Source of the DNA: Eubacteriales bacterium
GTDB lineage: Bacteria > Bacillota > Clostridia > Oscillospirales > CAG-272
DNA length: 64,000 bases
Reading direction: 5' to 3'
Assembly (NCBI GenBank): GCA_045612665.1
Contig: JAZKZO010000037.1
Coordinates: 31,051 to 95,050, forward strand
Below the pieces are notes generated by a model. The model made no database searches, had not been told where the DNA came from, and saw only the letters and a list, made by a program, of their open reading frames with translations. Below, in pieces: positions 38,764-47,721 of this stretch (positions are counted from its first letter, which is position 1; each line of letters begins with the position of its first letter). The position numbers and the translations under genes were made by a program.

Positions 38764-40104
38764 ATGTCTAAACCAATAATTGCTATAGTTGGCAGACCGA
38801 ATGTTGGAAAAAGCACTTTGTTCAACAAAATAATCGGTGAAAGACGCTCAATTGTAGAGGACACTCCAGGTGTTACAAGAGATAGAATTTACGGAGAGAG
38901 CGAATGGTGTGGAAGAAGGTTTATACTTATCGATACAGGTGGAATTGAGCCTAAAACCGACAGTATGATTCTTCAAAAAATGAGAGAGCAGGCTCAAATT
39001 GCGATAGATACAGCCGATGCTATAATTTTTATGTGTGATATAAACGCAGGACTTGTAGCTGATGATAGAGATATTGCAATAATGCTTAAAAAGAGTGGCA
39101 AGCCTGTTGTTATATGCGTAAACAAGGCCGATAAAATTGGAGAGGTTGATCCAACCTTCTACGAATTTTATGAGCTTGGCTTTGATATAGATCCTGTGCC
39201 TGTTTCATCTATTCACGGAACAGGTAGTGGAGATTTGCTCGATGCGGTTCTTGCAACGATTCCCGAAAGCGACGATGAGGAAGAGGACGAGGATCTTATA
39301 AATGTTGCTGTAATTGGAAAGCCGAATGCGGGAAAATCCTCAATTATCAATAAAATTTTGGGGACTGACCGTCTTATCGTTTCCTCTATGGCAGGAACAA
39401 CAAGAGATGCAATAGACTCTAAATTTGAAAATGAATTCGGTAAATATAATTTCATAGATACTGCCGGAATCAGAAGACAAAGCAAGGTAGAGGATAGAAT
39501 TGAAAAATTCAGTGTTCTTCGCGCTCACATGGCTGTCGAGAGGGCTGATGTTTGCTTGCTTGTTGTAGATGCAACCGAGGGTGTTACCGAACAGGATGAA
39601 AAAATTGCCGGAATTGCTCACGAGGCAGGTAAGGCTGTAATAATAATCGTTAACAAATGGGATCTTTTGCCTACCGAGGATAAGGATACCGTTAAGTATT
39701 CAAAGAAGGTGTACGAGGCACTATCATATATGACCTATGCACCGATTATATACGTTTCTGCGCTTACAGGACAAAGAGTAGTTAAGATTTTTGATATGAT
39801 TAATTATGTGTTTAATCAATCAAAAATGAGAATTTCAACAGGAATGCTCAACGATGTTCTTAATGAGGCTGTAACAAGAGTTCAGCCACCGTCAGATAAG
39901 GGAAGACGCCTCAAGGTTTACTATATGACGCAAACAAGCGTTGCTCCGCCGACATTCGTTTTGTTCTGTAACAGCGCTGCACTTTTCCATTTCTCATATC
40001 AAAGATATATCGAAAACTGCTTGCGCGATACCTTTGGCTTCAAGGGCACACCTATTAAGCTTGTTATAAGACAACGCGGTGATGATGAGGAGACAAAAAT
40101 ATGA
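38764..40104 (+). CDS. der: Ribosome-biogenesis GTPase Der (EngA)
   Basis: Two G domains (GRPNVGKST and GKPNAGKSS) and a KH-like C terminus. Confidence 0.95.
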   Translation: MSKPIIAIVGRPNVGKSTLFNKIIGERRSIVEDTPGVTRDRIYGESEWCGRRFILIDTGGIEPKTDSMILQKMREQAQIAIDTADAIIFMCDINAGLVADDRDIAIMLKKSGKPVVICVNKADKIGEVDPTFYEFYELGFDIDPVPVSSIHGTGSGDLLDAVLATIPESDDEEEDEDLINVAVIGKPNAGKSSIINKILGTDRLIVSSMAGTTRDAIDSKFENEFGKYNFIDTAGIRRQSKVEDRIEKFSVLRAHMAVERADVCLLVVDATEGVTEQDEKIAGIAHEAGKAVIIIVNKWDLLPTEDKDTVKYSKKVYEALSYMTYAPIIYVSALTGQRVVKIFDMINYVFNQSKMRISTGMLNDVLNEAVTRVQPPSDKGRRLKVYYMTQTSVAPPTFVLFCNSAALFHFSYQRYIENCLRDTFGFKGTPIKLVIRQRGDDEETKI

Positions 40105-40838
40105 CCTTTGAGATTCTTTGGAAATACGGAATGCTTGCCTACAAAACAGGTACGTTGCATGAGGACGGTAAGTTCACCTTTCCTATTATTATTATGCTTG
40201 CGTGTGCAGTGCTTGGATATTTGTTAGGTAGCCTTAACTTTGGTGTTATAATATCAAAATTTTACGGTCGCGATATAAGAGAAGTAGGAAGTGGAAATGC
40301 TGGCGCTACGAATATGATGAGAGTTTACGGCAAAAAAGCCTCTATTCTCACATTTGTCGGTGATGCTTCTAAATCTATTGTTGCAGTATTGTTATCTAGA
40401 TTTCTTCTTTTGGGAGGCTTGGGTGCTTATATTGCAGGATTGTTTGTAATCATAGGACACGCCTGGCCCTTGTATTTCAATTTTAGAGGAGGAAAGGGCG
40501 TTTCTGCTATTGCAGCATTCTGCCTTGTTACCGATCCTATAACGTTTGTAATTGAGCTTGCTATCTTCGTGGCAATTTTGTTCAGCTTTAAGATGGTATC
40601 GCTTGGCTCTATTATGATAGCGCTTGTATATCCGTTTATATTGAATTTGAGAGGAGAAGCCGGACCTAACATTTTAATTTCGTTTATTATGGCAGGACTT
40701 GTAATCTTCTTGCATAGAAAAAATCTTGTTAGAATTTTTAATCATACAGAGCACAAATTCAAGCTTGGAAAGAAAGATAAAAAGGAACCTGTAGCCGATA
40801 AGGGCGAAAAGGAACAAAATGAAGAGAATAAAGAGTGA
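40101..40838 (+). CDS. plsY: Glycerol-3-phosphate acyltransferase PlsY
   Basis: GYLLGSLNFG, GSGNAGATN and RGGKGV motifs. ATG 40101 overlaps the der stop (ATGA). The ORF has about a 30-aa N-terminal extension and a Lys/Glu-rich tail; an alternative start is M32 (40194). Confidence 0.85.
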   Translation: MTFEILWKYGMLAYKTGTLHEDGKFTFPIIIMLACAVLGYLLGSLNFGVIISKFYGRDIREVGSGNAGATNMMRVYGKKASILTFVGDASKSIVAVLLSRFLLLGGLGAYIAGLFVIIGHAWPLYFNFRGGKGVSAIAAFCLVTDPITFVIELAIFVAILFSFKMVSLGSIMIALVYPFILNLRGEAGPNILISFIMAGLVIFLHRKNLVRIFNHTEHKFKLGKKDKKEPVADKGEKEQNEENKE

Positions 40839-41988
40839 AATAGTAGAAAAGACAGTTCACATTTTGGTTGAGCTGTTTAATAAAAAATGCCTTAAAAAGG
40901 CCGTTTTGTCGAAGCCTGATGCAGTTGATGAAATAAAAACAGTCATCACTCCTAAAAAAATATATAATATCGATGTTTTACAGCTTGAAATCTTTTCAAA
41001 GGATAACAAGGTATATCACTATAATATAAGAGAGGATTACGAGAGGGAATGCGAGAAAATATTCTCATCTCATGCTCAAATCAATATTATATCTCCACTT
41101 GGAAACTGTCAGTATATGCGTGCAAAGAGTGGAAAGGAAACCTTGGTTGGAGATAAAAAGCTCACATACAAAATAACGCATTTTGATGGTGATGATCAAG
41201 AATACCAAGGAAATAACAATGTAAAAAATTACATTTTAAAGGGCGACGAGGATTTTCTTAAAAATCTTGGAATTAGCGATAAAACCGGACGAATTCACAA
41301 TAAAATGCAGGCAAAATATCGCCAAATCAACAAGTTTTTAGAGCATATTCAAAGTGTTGAGGAGTTTTTGCCAAAGGACTTTTTGAACATTTATGACCTT
41401 TGTTGTGGAAAGAGCTATTTGAGCTTTGCCGTGTATCATTATTTTAAATACATCAAGGGAATTGACGTGGTAATGAAATGCGTTGATTTAAAGGGCGATG
41501 TTATTGAGTATTGCTCTGAGGTGGCAAAAAAGCTTGGCTTTGACGGCATGGAATTCATTTGTGCTGACATAAATGAATATCCTATTGAAAATAGGGTAGA
41601 TCTTGTTGTTTCTTTACATGCTTGCGATATTGCAACCGACATTGTATTGAACAAGGCAAGTGCGAATAATGCTAGCGTTATTCTTTCAACACCTTGCTGT
41701 CATCATGAGTTAAATCATAAGATAAACTGTGATACGTTGGGCTTTATAACAAGACATTCTATGCTTCGTCAAAAGCTATGTGATGCTGCAACTGATGCGT
41801 TAAGGCTTATGAAGCTTGAAAGTGAGGGGTACGAGGTTTCTGCGTTAGAGCTTATCGACCCTGAGGATACACCTAAAAACATAATTTTAAAGGCTATTAA
41901 AAAGAAAAATGTCGATGCCGAAAGACTTGAAAAAATCAAGGAAGAATATGTTAAAACAAAAAAATTCTTGCTTGGAGAAGAGTCTTAA
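40819..41988 (+). CDS. Class I SAM-dependent methyltransferase (substrate unknown)
   Basis: Motif I-like DLCCGKSYLS and a downstream LHACD motif. Overlaps the plsY end by 20 nt. Confidence 0.65.
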   Translation: MKRIKSEIVEKTVHILVELFNKKCLKKAVLSKPDAVDEIKTVITPKKIYNIDVLQLEIFSKDNKVYHYNIREDYERECEKIFSSHAQINIISPLGNCQYMRAKSGKETLVGDKKLTYKITHFDGDDQEYQGNNNVKNYILKGDEDFLKNLGISDKTGRIHNKMQAKYRQINKFLEHIQSVEEFLPKDFLNIYDLCCGKSYLSFAVYHYFKYIKGIDVVMKCVDLKGDVIEYCSEVAKKLGFDGMEFICADINEYPIENRVDLVVSLHACDIATDIVLNKASANNASVILSTPCCHHELNHKINCDTLGFITRHSMLRQKLCDAATDALRLMKLESEGYEVSALELIDPEDTPKNIILKAIKKKNVDAERLEKIKEEYVKTKKFLLGEES

Positions 41989-42038
41989 AACTGGCATATA
42001 CTTACGGAGGTTGAGAGTCTACTCTCAAAAAATCTAAA

Positions 42039-42959
42039 ATGATTTGGATTCCAATAGTGGCAGGGGCGATTTTGCTCATTGTCATTTTCCTGTTAATATT
42101 CTTTTACAGAATGGCGTTTGTTAGAGGAAAAGATTCCGATATAAGCGCTATTGCTCCGAAAACGGGAGAATACGAGGGATATTTTAAGCAAATAAACGAT
42201 GGTGTTGAGTGGTTTGATAATCAACCAAAAAGAGATGCTTATATTACAAGCGAGGATGGCTTGAAGCTTCACGCATCAATCCTTACTCTTTGTGAAAATG
42301 CCGACAAAACTATCATACTTTTTCACGGATATCGCTCGGTTGCAAGGAAGGATTTTGCTTGCGCCATATCTATGTATGCCTCTTTTAATATGAACGTTAT
42401 TCTTGTTGACCAGCGTGCTCACGGAAAAAGTGAGGGAAGAATAATTTCATATGGAGTAAAGGAAAGATTTGATGCCCGTGATTGGGTGGAATTCGCCAAA
42501 AAGGAATTCCCCGGAACAAAGATATATATGAGCGGTCTTTCCATGGGCTCTGCAACTGTTATGATGGCATCTGACATTGTTGAGGGTGTTAGCGGTATAG
42601 TTTCCGACTGTGGATTTACGTCTCCAAAGGAAATAATTCAAAAGGTCGCAAAGGAGGATATGCATCTTCCAAAGTGGCTTGTTGCTCCTGTTGGACTTAT
42701 GGCAAGAATTTTTGGTGGCTTTGATTATTCTTATAGCGCAAAAACGTCTCTTGCAAAAACGAATGTTCCTATTTTGTTTATACACGGTGGCAAGGATGCC
42801 TTTGTGCCCTGCTATATGACAGAGGAAAATTTTGAGGCGTGTGCTTCAAAGAAGAAAAAGGTTATTGTTGAAGAGGCTATTCACGGATTTTCGTATTTGG
42901 TAGATCCCGAAACGGTAACCGAGGCTCTCAAAGGCTTTATTTTAGGAAGCGAGGAATAA
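42039..42959 (+). CDS. Alpha/beta hydrolase with an N-terminal membrane anchor
   Basis: One N-terminal TM helix, a nucleophile elbow GLSMGS, and HG/HGGKD segments. Confidence 0.7.
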   Translation: MIWIPIVAGAILLIVIFLLIFFYRMAFVRGKDSDISAIAPKTGEYEGYFKQINDGVEWFDNQPKRDAYITSEDGLKLHASILTLCENADKTIILFHGYRSVARKDFACAISMYASFNMNVILVDQRAHGKSEGRIISYGVKERFDARDWVEFAKKEFPGTKIYMSGLSMGSATVMMASDIVEGVSGIVSDCGFTSPKEIIQKVAKEDMHLPKWLVAPVGLMARIFGGFDYSYSAKTSLAKTNVPILFIHGGKDAFVPCYMTEENFEACASKKKKVIVEEAIHGFSYLVDPETVTEALKGFILGSEE

Positions 42960-42961
42960 AA

Positions 42962-43414
42962 ATGCAAAAAATAGCTAGCTTTACTGTTAATCACGACAAT
43001 ATAGGTGTCGGACTTTATATTTCGAGAATTGACGGTGATATTACTACCTATGATATGAGAACTAGAAGGCCTAATATGGGCGATTATATGGACAACCTTA
43101 CTATGCATTCGGTTGAGCATATGTTTGCAACTTATGTAAGAAATAGCGAAATGAGTGATAAAATCATTTATTTTGGTCCTATGGGCTGTCAAACAGGCTT
43201 CTATTTGCTCGTAAGAGATTTAGAGCCGGCTGACGTTCTTGCACTAATTAAAGAAACCTTGATTAAAATAATATCTCACACAGGAGAAATTTTTGGCAAT
43301 AAGAGAGAAGAATGTGGAAATTATCGCAATCTTAATCTTGAAAGTGCCCAAATGGAGTGTCAAAGATATTTAGATGCTTTAAATAGCACGGAGGTAACGT
43401 TTAAATATGAGTGA
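42962..43414 (+). CDS. luxS: S-ribosylhomocysteine lyase
   Basis: HSVEHMFA metal-binding motif and the length and sequence of LuxS. Confidence 0.9.
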   Translation: MQKIASFTVNHDNIGVGLYISRIDGDITTYDMRTRRPNMGDYMDNLTMHSVEHMFATYVRNSEMSDKIIYFGPMGCQTGFYLLVRDLEPADVLALIKETLIKIISHTGEIFGNKREECGNYRNLNLESAQMECQRYLDALNSTEVTFKYE

Positions 43415-44102
43415 TATTATCGGAATAATCGGCGCTATGGATATTGAGGTTGATGGACTCATATCGAATATGACAAATGCTCAATTTGAGGAGATTTCCT
43501 CTATGAAATTTGTTCGAGGAGAGCTTTACGGAAAGAACGTTGTCGTTTGTAAGTGTGGAATAGGTAAGGTTTTTGCCGGAATTTGCGCGCAAACAATGAT
43601 TCTAAAATATGCGCCTAAAATTATTATAAATTCAGGCGTTGCAGGTGCTCTTAACGATAAGCTTTGCGTGCTTGATGCAGTGGTTGCAACAAGTGTTGTA
43701 CAGCATGACATGGACACAAGTCCGTTGGGCGATCCTGTGGGGCTTATTTCGGGCATAAACATTGTAAACATAGAAGCTAACGACGAGGTGTCAAGAAGCC
43801 TTGAAAATAGCGCAAAGGAGCTTCAAATCCCTGTTAAAAGAGGGATTATTGCTTCGGGAGATCAATTTATCGCAAGCGAAGATAAAAAGCAATACATAAA
43901 AACCACATTTAACGCGAGTGCATGTGAAATGGAAGGCGGAGCAATAGCTCAAGCATGCTATGTTAACAACGTGCCATTTGCTATTTTGAGAACTATTTCC
44001 GACGGTAAGGGAGAGGTTCTTGATTATTTCACTTTTTCAGAGCGTGCTGCTATGCAGGCAATAAAAATAATTAAAAATTTCATTAAAAATTACGAGGTGT
44101 AA
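43407..44102 (+). CDS. mtnN: 5'-methylthioadenosine/S-adenosylhomocysteine nucleosidase
   Basis: IIGIIGAMDIEV start with the SGVAG, EMEGGAIA and LRTISD motifs. Confidence 0.9.
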   Translation: MSDIIGIIGAMDIEVDGLISNMTNAQFEEISSMKFVRGELYGKNVVVCKCGIGKVFAGICAQTMILKYAPKIIINSGVAGALNDKLCVLDAVVATSVVQHDMDTSPLGDPVGLISGINIVNIEANDEVSRSLENSAKELQIPVKRGIIASGDQFIASEDKKQYIKTTFNASACEMEGGAIAQACYVNNVPFAILRTISDGKGEVLDYFTFSERAAMQAIKIIKNFIKNYEV

Positions 44103-44103
44103 A

Positions 44104-44913
44104 ATGAAGCTTGGATTACAACTTTATTCAGTAAGAGAGGACCTTGAAAAGGATTTTCTCGGAACATTAAAAAAGGTTAAGGAAATGGGCTACGAGGGTG
44201 GAGAGCTTGCCGGTCTTTATGGCAAAAGTGCATCCGAGGTTAAGGCTATGTTTGATGAGGTAGGACTTGTTCCTATTTCAGCGCACGTTGCATATCAGGA
44301 TTTGATGCCCGACATTGAAAAAACTGTTGCTATTTACAGAGAAATCGGTTGTAAATACATAGTAATTCCATATCTTCCAAACGACTTGAGATACGGTAGC
44401 GAAAAATATCCACAGCTTCTTGAGGATATGAAGGAAATTGGAAAGGTTTGCAAAGCAAACGGAATCACTCTTTTGTATCATAACCATGATTTTGAGTTCG
44501 AAAAAACCGAGGACGGAGAATACGTTCTTGACGCTTTGTATAGCGAAATTGGACCAGACTTGCTTGCAACTGAAATTGATACCTGTTGGGTAAACGTTGG
44601 TGGAGAAAATCCTTGCGATTATGTAAGAAAGTACACAGGAAGAGCGCCTGTTGTTCATCTTAAGGATTTCCACGGAAAAAAGAGCCAAAATATGTATAAG
44701 CTCATAGGAATTGATAGCGAAGAGGAGCAGGCTTCAACCTTCGAATTTAGACCTCTTGGCCATGGTGTTCAAAACGTTCAAGCAATTGTTGATAGCGCAC
44801 GCGATGCAGGCGCATCTTGGATAATTGCAGAGCAGGATGAGCCTTCAATGGGCAAATCTCGCCTTGAATGCGCTCAAATGAGCATGGATTATATGAAGAA
44901 TATAAACTATTAA
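44104..44913 (+). CDS. Sugar phosphate isomerase/epimerase (xylose isomerase-like TIM barrel)
   Basis: 269 aa with AP endonuclease 2 / Xyl-isomerase-like barrel features (YHNHDFEF, HLKD). Confidence 0.75.
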   Translation: MKLGLQLYSVREDLEKDFLGTLKKVKEMGYEGGELAGLYGKSASEVKAMFDEVGLVPISAHVAYQDLMPDIEKTVAIYREIGCKYIVIPYLPNDLRYGSEKYPQLLEDMKEIGKVCKANGITLLYHNHDFEFEKTEDGEYVLDALYSEIGPDLLATEIDTCWVNVGGENPCDYVRKYTGRAPVVHLKDFHGKKSQNMYKLIGIDSEEEQASTFEFRPLGHGVQNVQAIVDSARDAGASWIIAEQDEPSMGKSRLECAQMSMDYMKNINY

Positions 44914-44941
44914 AAAATGCCCTCGTATGAGGGCATTTTTC
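44913..44941 (+). terminator. Rho-independent terminator
   Basis: AATGCCCTC/GAGGGCATT stem followed by T5. Confidence 0.8.
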
Positions 44942-44970
44942 TTGACAATAAAGATAGTTTATGATATAAT
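44942..44970 (+). promoter_or_regulatory. Near-consensus sigma-A promoter with an extended -10
   Basis: TTGACA (44942-44947), 17 nt, TGaTATAAT (44962-44970). Confidence 0.65.
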
Positions 44971-45022
44971 AAAAATGTGAATTAGGGGGAGAAACCCATA
45001 ACAAAAAACGAAGAATTCATAG

Positions 45023-45214
45023 TATGCAAATCAAGACAAGGGGGCGACACCCATCGAAAAAAACATTATTGTTGTTGACGAGCAAGGAAATGAATATGAG
45101 GCTACATATCCCAAAAGGGCAAAAGGTCTTGTTAAAAATGGCAGGGCACGCTTCATAAATGAAAATACAATATGCCTTGCGTGTCCGCCAAAGGAATATT
45201 TGGAGGATAATAAA
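45023..45214 (+). other. In-frame open extension upstream of the 45215 ORF with no ATG/GTG/TTG start
   Basis: 64 sense codons follow TAG 45020-22 and read ...IIVVDEQGNEYEATYPKRAKGLVKNGRARFINENTICLACPP..., which looks protein-like. The only ATG (45024) is in another frame, upstream of an A7 run (45057-45063). Confidence 0.35.
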
Positions 45215-45616
45215 ATGGAAAATAAATTAACTGAAAGAGAAATTTTTGAGCAAATAGTTGCATTGCAAAAGCAAATCACTGAAAATAGTGCTAATTCTTT
45301 ACATAGATTAGGTGATGTAATAGATAGCGTTTATTCTACCGAGGAAGATACAGGAACTGAACAGGTTTCCGAGGTTTGCAATGTTTTTTCTCAGCGTGAG
45401 CACAACTTAAAACTTATGATTGAGCTTTACATCAAAATGTATGAAGATGCTCGAATAAGTGATGAGGAAAGAAAGGCTGATTTGATAAAGAATGCTTTTT
45501 CGGAGATTACTGCAAAAATTAAAAGCTCAGATTTGCCACCTGATAATAAATCTGCCGCATTTGGCGAGGTTACAGAGGCAATAAAAGAAATGCTTATGTA
45601 TTTAATAGCAAAATAA
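45215..45616 (+). CDS. Hypothetical helical protein (minimal version)
   Basis: ATG 45215 lies 8 nt after GGAGGA. The 133-aa acidic, helical sequence has no recognised family. The same frame stays open upstream to 45023. Confidence 0.6.
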   Translation: MENKLTEREIFEQIVALQKQITENSANSLHRLGDVIDSVYSTEEDTGTEQVSEVCNVFSQREHNLKLMIELYIKMYEDARISDEERKADLIKNAFSEITAKIKSSDLPPDNKSAAFGEVTEAIKEMLMYLIAK

Positions 45617-45625
45617 TTTAAAATG

Positions 45626-45657
45626 CGAGTGCTGAATTTATTCGGCACTCGTTTTTT
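45626..45657 (+). terminator. Rho-independent terminator
   Basis: CGAGTGC/GCACTCG stem followed by T6. Confidence 0.8.
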
Positions 45658-45802
45658 AAAGGCGAATTTTTTGAATGGTTTTTGTAAAATTAAAGCAACT
45701 CTTTAATCGGATTTTAGAAATGCTCACTTTAATTTGGTAAAAATATGTTGTATAATTAAGGTACAAGAGTGCTTTTGAATACAACAAAAAGGAAAAATTA
45801 TT

Positions 45803-46915
45803 ATGAGTATAGGTGAAAAAATTAGGGATTTGCGAAAAAGCAAAAATATGACACAAGAGGACTTAGCAGAATGCTTGAATGTAACAATTTCTGCCGTTTC
45901 TCAATGGGAAATAGGTAAAACTATGCCTGATATAACAATGATTCCTATTATTTGCAATGTTTTTGATGTTTCATCTGATAAATTGCTTGAAATTGATTTG
46001 ACAAAAAAGAATATGGAAATAGAAAATATCAGAGCTGAGGCAGGAAAATATTACACTCGTGGCTTTGTTTTAGAGGGAAAAGAGATATTAAAGCAAGGAT
46101 TGATAAATTTTCCTAACAGCTATGGAATTATGTGTGACTATGTTCATGTCCTTGAATTAGAGAGAGATTTGTTATCTAAGGAAGAGGCAAAAAAGAACGA
46201 GGAAGAAATTATAAGGCTTGGTGAAAAAATAGTTGCAGAATGCGATGATTTTAGTATTCGAGCATGCACTATTCAAAAGCTTTGCATGATTTATAGTGAT
46301 ATTGGCAATGAAGATAGAGCCGTTGAGCTTGCTAACAAAATGCCATCTTACCCATTAAGCAGAGAATCTCTTTTAGAATTGATTTATAGGGGCGAAAGAT
46401 TAAGAGATTTAGCAACGAATGTTCTGCTTTATGATCATGTGCAAGCAATGGCAAATAGAATAAAGTGTAATTATCGAATGGAGTCAGGCGAGTGGCTATA
46501 CACGGGTGATGAAAGAGCGGAGCTCGTGAAAAAACAAATCAATTTTTTGAAATTGATTTTTGAAGCCGAGGACTATGGCTTTTATAATGAAACACTTTGC
46601 GATTCATACAAGGTTTTAGCAAGTCACAGTGCAAGACAAAATGATGGGAAGCAAACTATTTCGTATATTGAGCTTAGCGCAACCCATGCAATTAAATTTA
46701 TAGAATATATGGCGTGTAAGGAATTTAAGTTTTCCTCACTTCTTTTCAAGGGTAGAACGGAAATACCAGCTATTCATCTTGATAGCAAATTCAATTCTGC
46801 ATACCATCTTCTTCAATTCTACAAAGAGCCACAATTCGATTTTTTAAGAACAAATGAAAGATTTATAGTAACAACCAAAGAACTTGAAAAATATGCAGGA
46901 GAATGGCAAATATAA
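45803..46915 (+). CDS. XRE-family HTH regulator with a long helical-repeat (TPR-like) C-terminal domain
   Basis: N-terminal Cro/C1 HTH (IRDLRKSKNMTQEDLAECLNVTISAVSQWE), then about 300 aa of helical repeats. The architecture resembles RNPP/Rgg-type regulators. Confidence 0.8.
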   Translation: MSIGEKIRDLRKSKNMTQEDLAECLNVTISAVSQWEIGKTMPDITMIPIICNVFDVSSDKLLEIDLTKKNMEIENIRAEAGKYYTRGFVLEGKEILKQGLINFPNSYGIMCDYVHVLELERDLLSKEEAKKNEEEIIRLGEKIVAECDDFSIRACTIQKLCMIYSDIGNEDRAVELANKMPSYPLSRESLLELIYRGERLRDLATNVLLYDHVQAMANRIKCNYRMESGEWLYTGDERAELVKKQINFLKLIFEAEDYGFYNETLCDSYKVLASHSARQNDGKQTISYIELSATHAIKFIEYMACKEFKFSSLLFKGRTEIPAIHLDSKFNSAYHLLQFYKEPQFDFLRTNERFIVTTKELEKYAGEWQI

Positions 46916-46950
46916 TAAAAAAGAGTGCCGATTTTCGGCACTCTCTTTTA
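46915..46950. terminator. Bidirectional terminator between convergent genes
   Basis: AGAGTGCCGA/TCGGCACTCT stem with an A-run upstream and a T-rich stretch downstream. Confidence 0.75.
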
Positions 46951-47721
46951 CTATTTATTTCTTCTAAGAACCTCAAATGCGAGGATTGTTGAAGCTGATG
47001 CGGCGGATAGTGCAGAGGAGAATTCGCGACCATAGTCGATGCGAACAATTTGGTCAGCTTTTGACAAAACCGATGAGGAAATTCCTCTTTTTTCGCCACC
47101 TACAATCAAAAATATAGGCTTGCTTAAATCTGCTTCGTAAACACTTATAGAATTTCTTATATCTGCACAAACAATCTTATATGACTTTGATTTAAAAAGC
47201 TCGATAAAATTGTCATTTGCGATATAAACATCAGCTCTTTCACTTGCACCGGCTGAGGAGCGACAAACAACTCCTGACGCGGAAAGCCAGTTCCTTTTCG
47301 AAAGGACGAATCCGTCAACACCCGATGCGTAAATAGAGCGCATTGCGTATCCAAAATTATATGGATCCTCAATTCCCTCAATCATTACATAAAATCCGTT
47401 TTCTTTTATGTCATCAGTGCTTAAAGACGGATACTCTCGTTCGCTACAGAGGGCTATTATTCCGCCGTGAGAAGCACCGATTGTAAGAGAAGAGATTTCG
47501 TCTTCATTACTTTCGACAAGTGCGAAGTCAAAAAGCTCGCTCATTTTCTTTAAATAACCGATTTCTTTGGCTTTTTTCGAAGATTTTTCCTTGTCATAAA
47601 GGATTTTTTCTATTTTTCGCGCGTTTTCCTTGCCTGATTTGAGATTGTCGATGAGGGCGCGAATAGACGTCATTCCCTCAAAAACAGTAGAGGAAACGAA
47701 GCGGTTTTCTTCTTTAATCAT
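46951..47721 (-). CDS. TrmH/SpoU family RNA 2'-O-methyltransferase
   Basis: SpoU methylase C-terminal motifs (LIVGGEKRGIS, IDYGREFSSALSAASAS). The start overlaps the prfB stop (ATGA). Confidence 0.75.
   Translation of the reverse strand: MIKEENRFVSSTVFEGMTSIRALIDNLKSGKENARKIEKILYDKEKSSKKAKEIGYLKKMSELFDFALVESNEDEISSLTIGASHGGIIALCSEREYPSLSTDDIKENGFYVMIEGIEDPYNFGYAMRSIYASGVDGFVLSKRNWLSASGVVCRSSAGASERADVYIANDNFIELFKSKSYKIVCADIRNSISVYEADLSKPIFLIVGGEKRGISSSVLSKADQIVRIDYGREFSSALSAASASTILAFEVLRRNK

Noticed and set aside
45675-45740. A 21-codon ORF (MVFVKLKQLFNRILEMLTLIW) upstream of the XRE/TPR regulator, considered as a candidate SHP-like pheromone.
   Set aside because: There is no convincing RBS (AAAGG lies 12 nt away), and no promoter between the upstream terminator (ends 45657) and the ATG. 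In this AT-rich spacer such an ORF can easily arise by chance. It is kept only as something to test if the regulator proves to be peptide-responsive.
45656-45856. A 66-aa minus-strand ORF spanning the intergenic region and the start of the XRE gene.
   Set aside because: The translation is low-complexity and Phe/Tyr/Asn-rich. It overlaps the regulator start and the upstream terminator and has no RBS.
45626-46945. The two terminators flanking the XRE regulator share a GAGTGC...GGCACTC core and could be inverted or direct repeats of an inserted cassette.
   Set aside because: The similarity is limited to a 7-nt stem core in hairpins that each work as normal terminators. No target-site duplication or transposase is present, so this is most likely coincidence.
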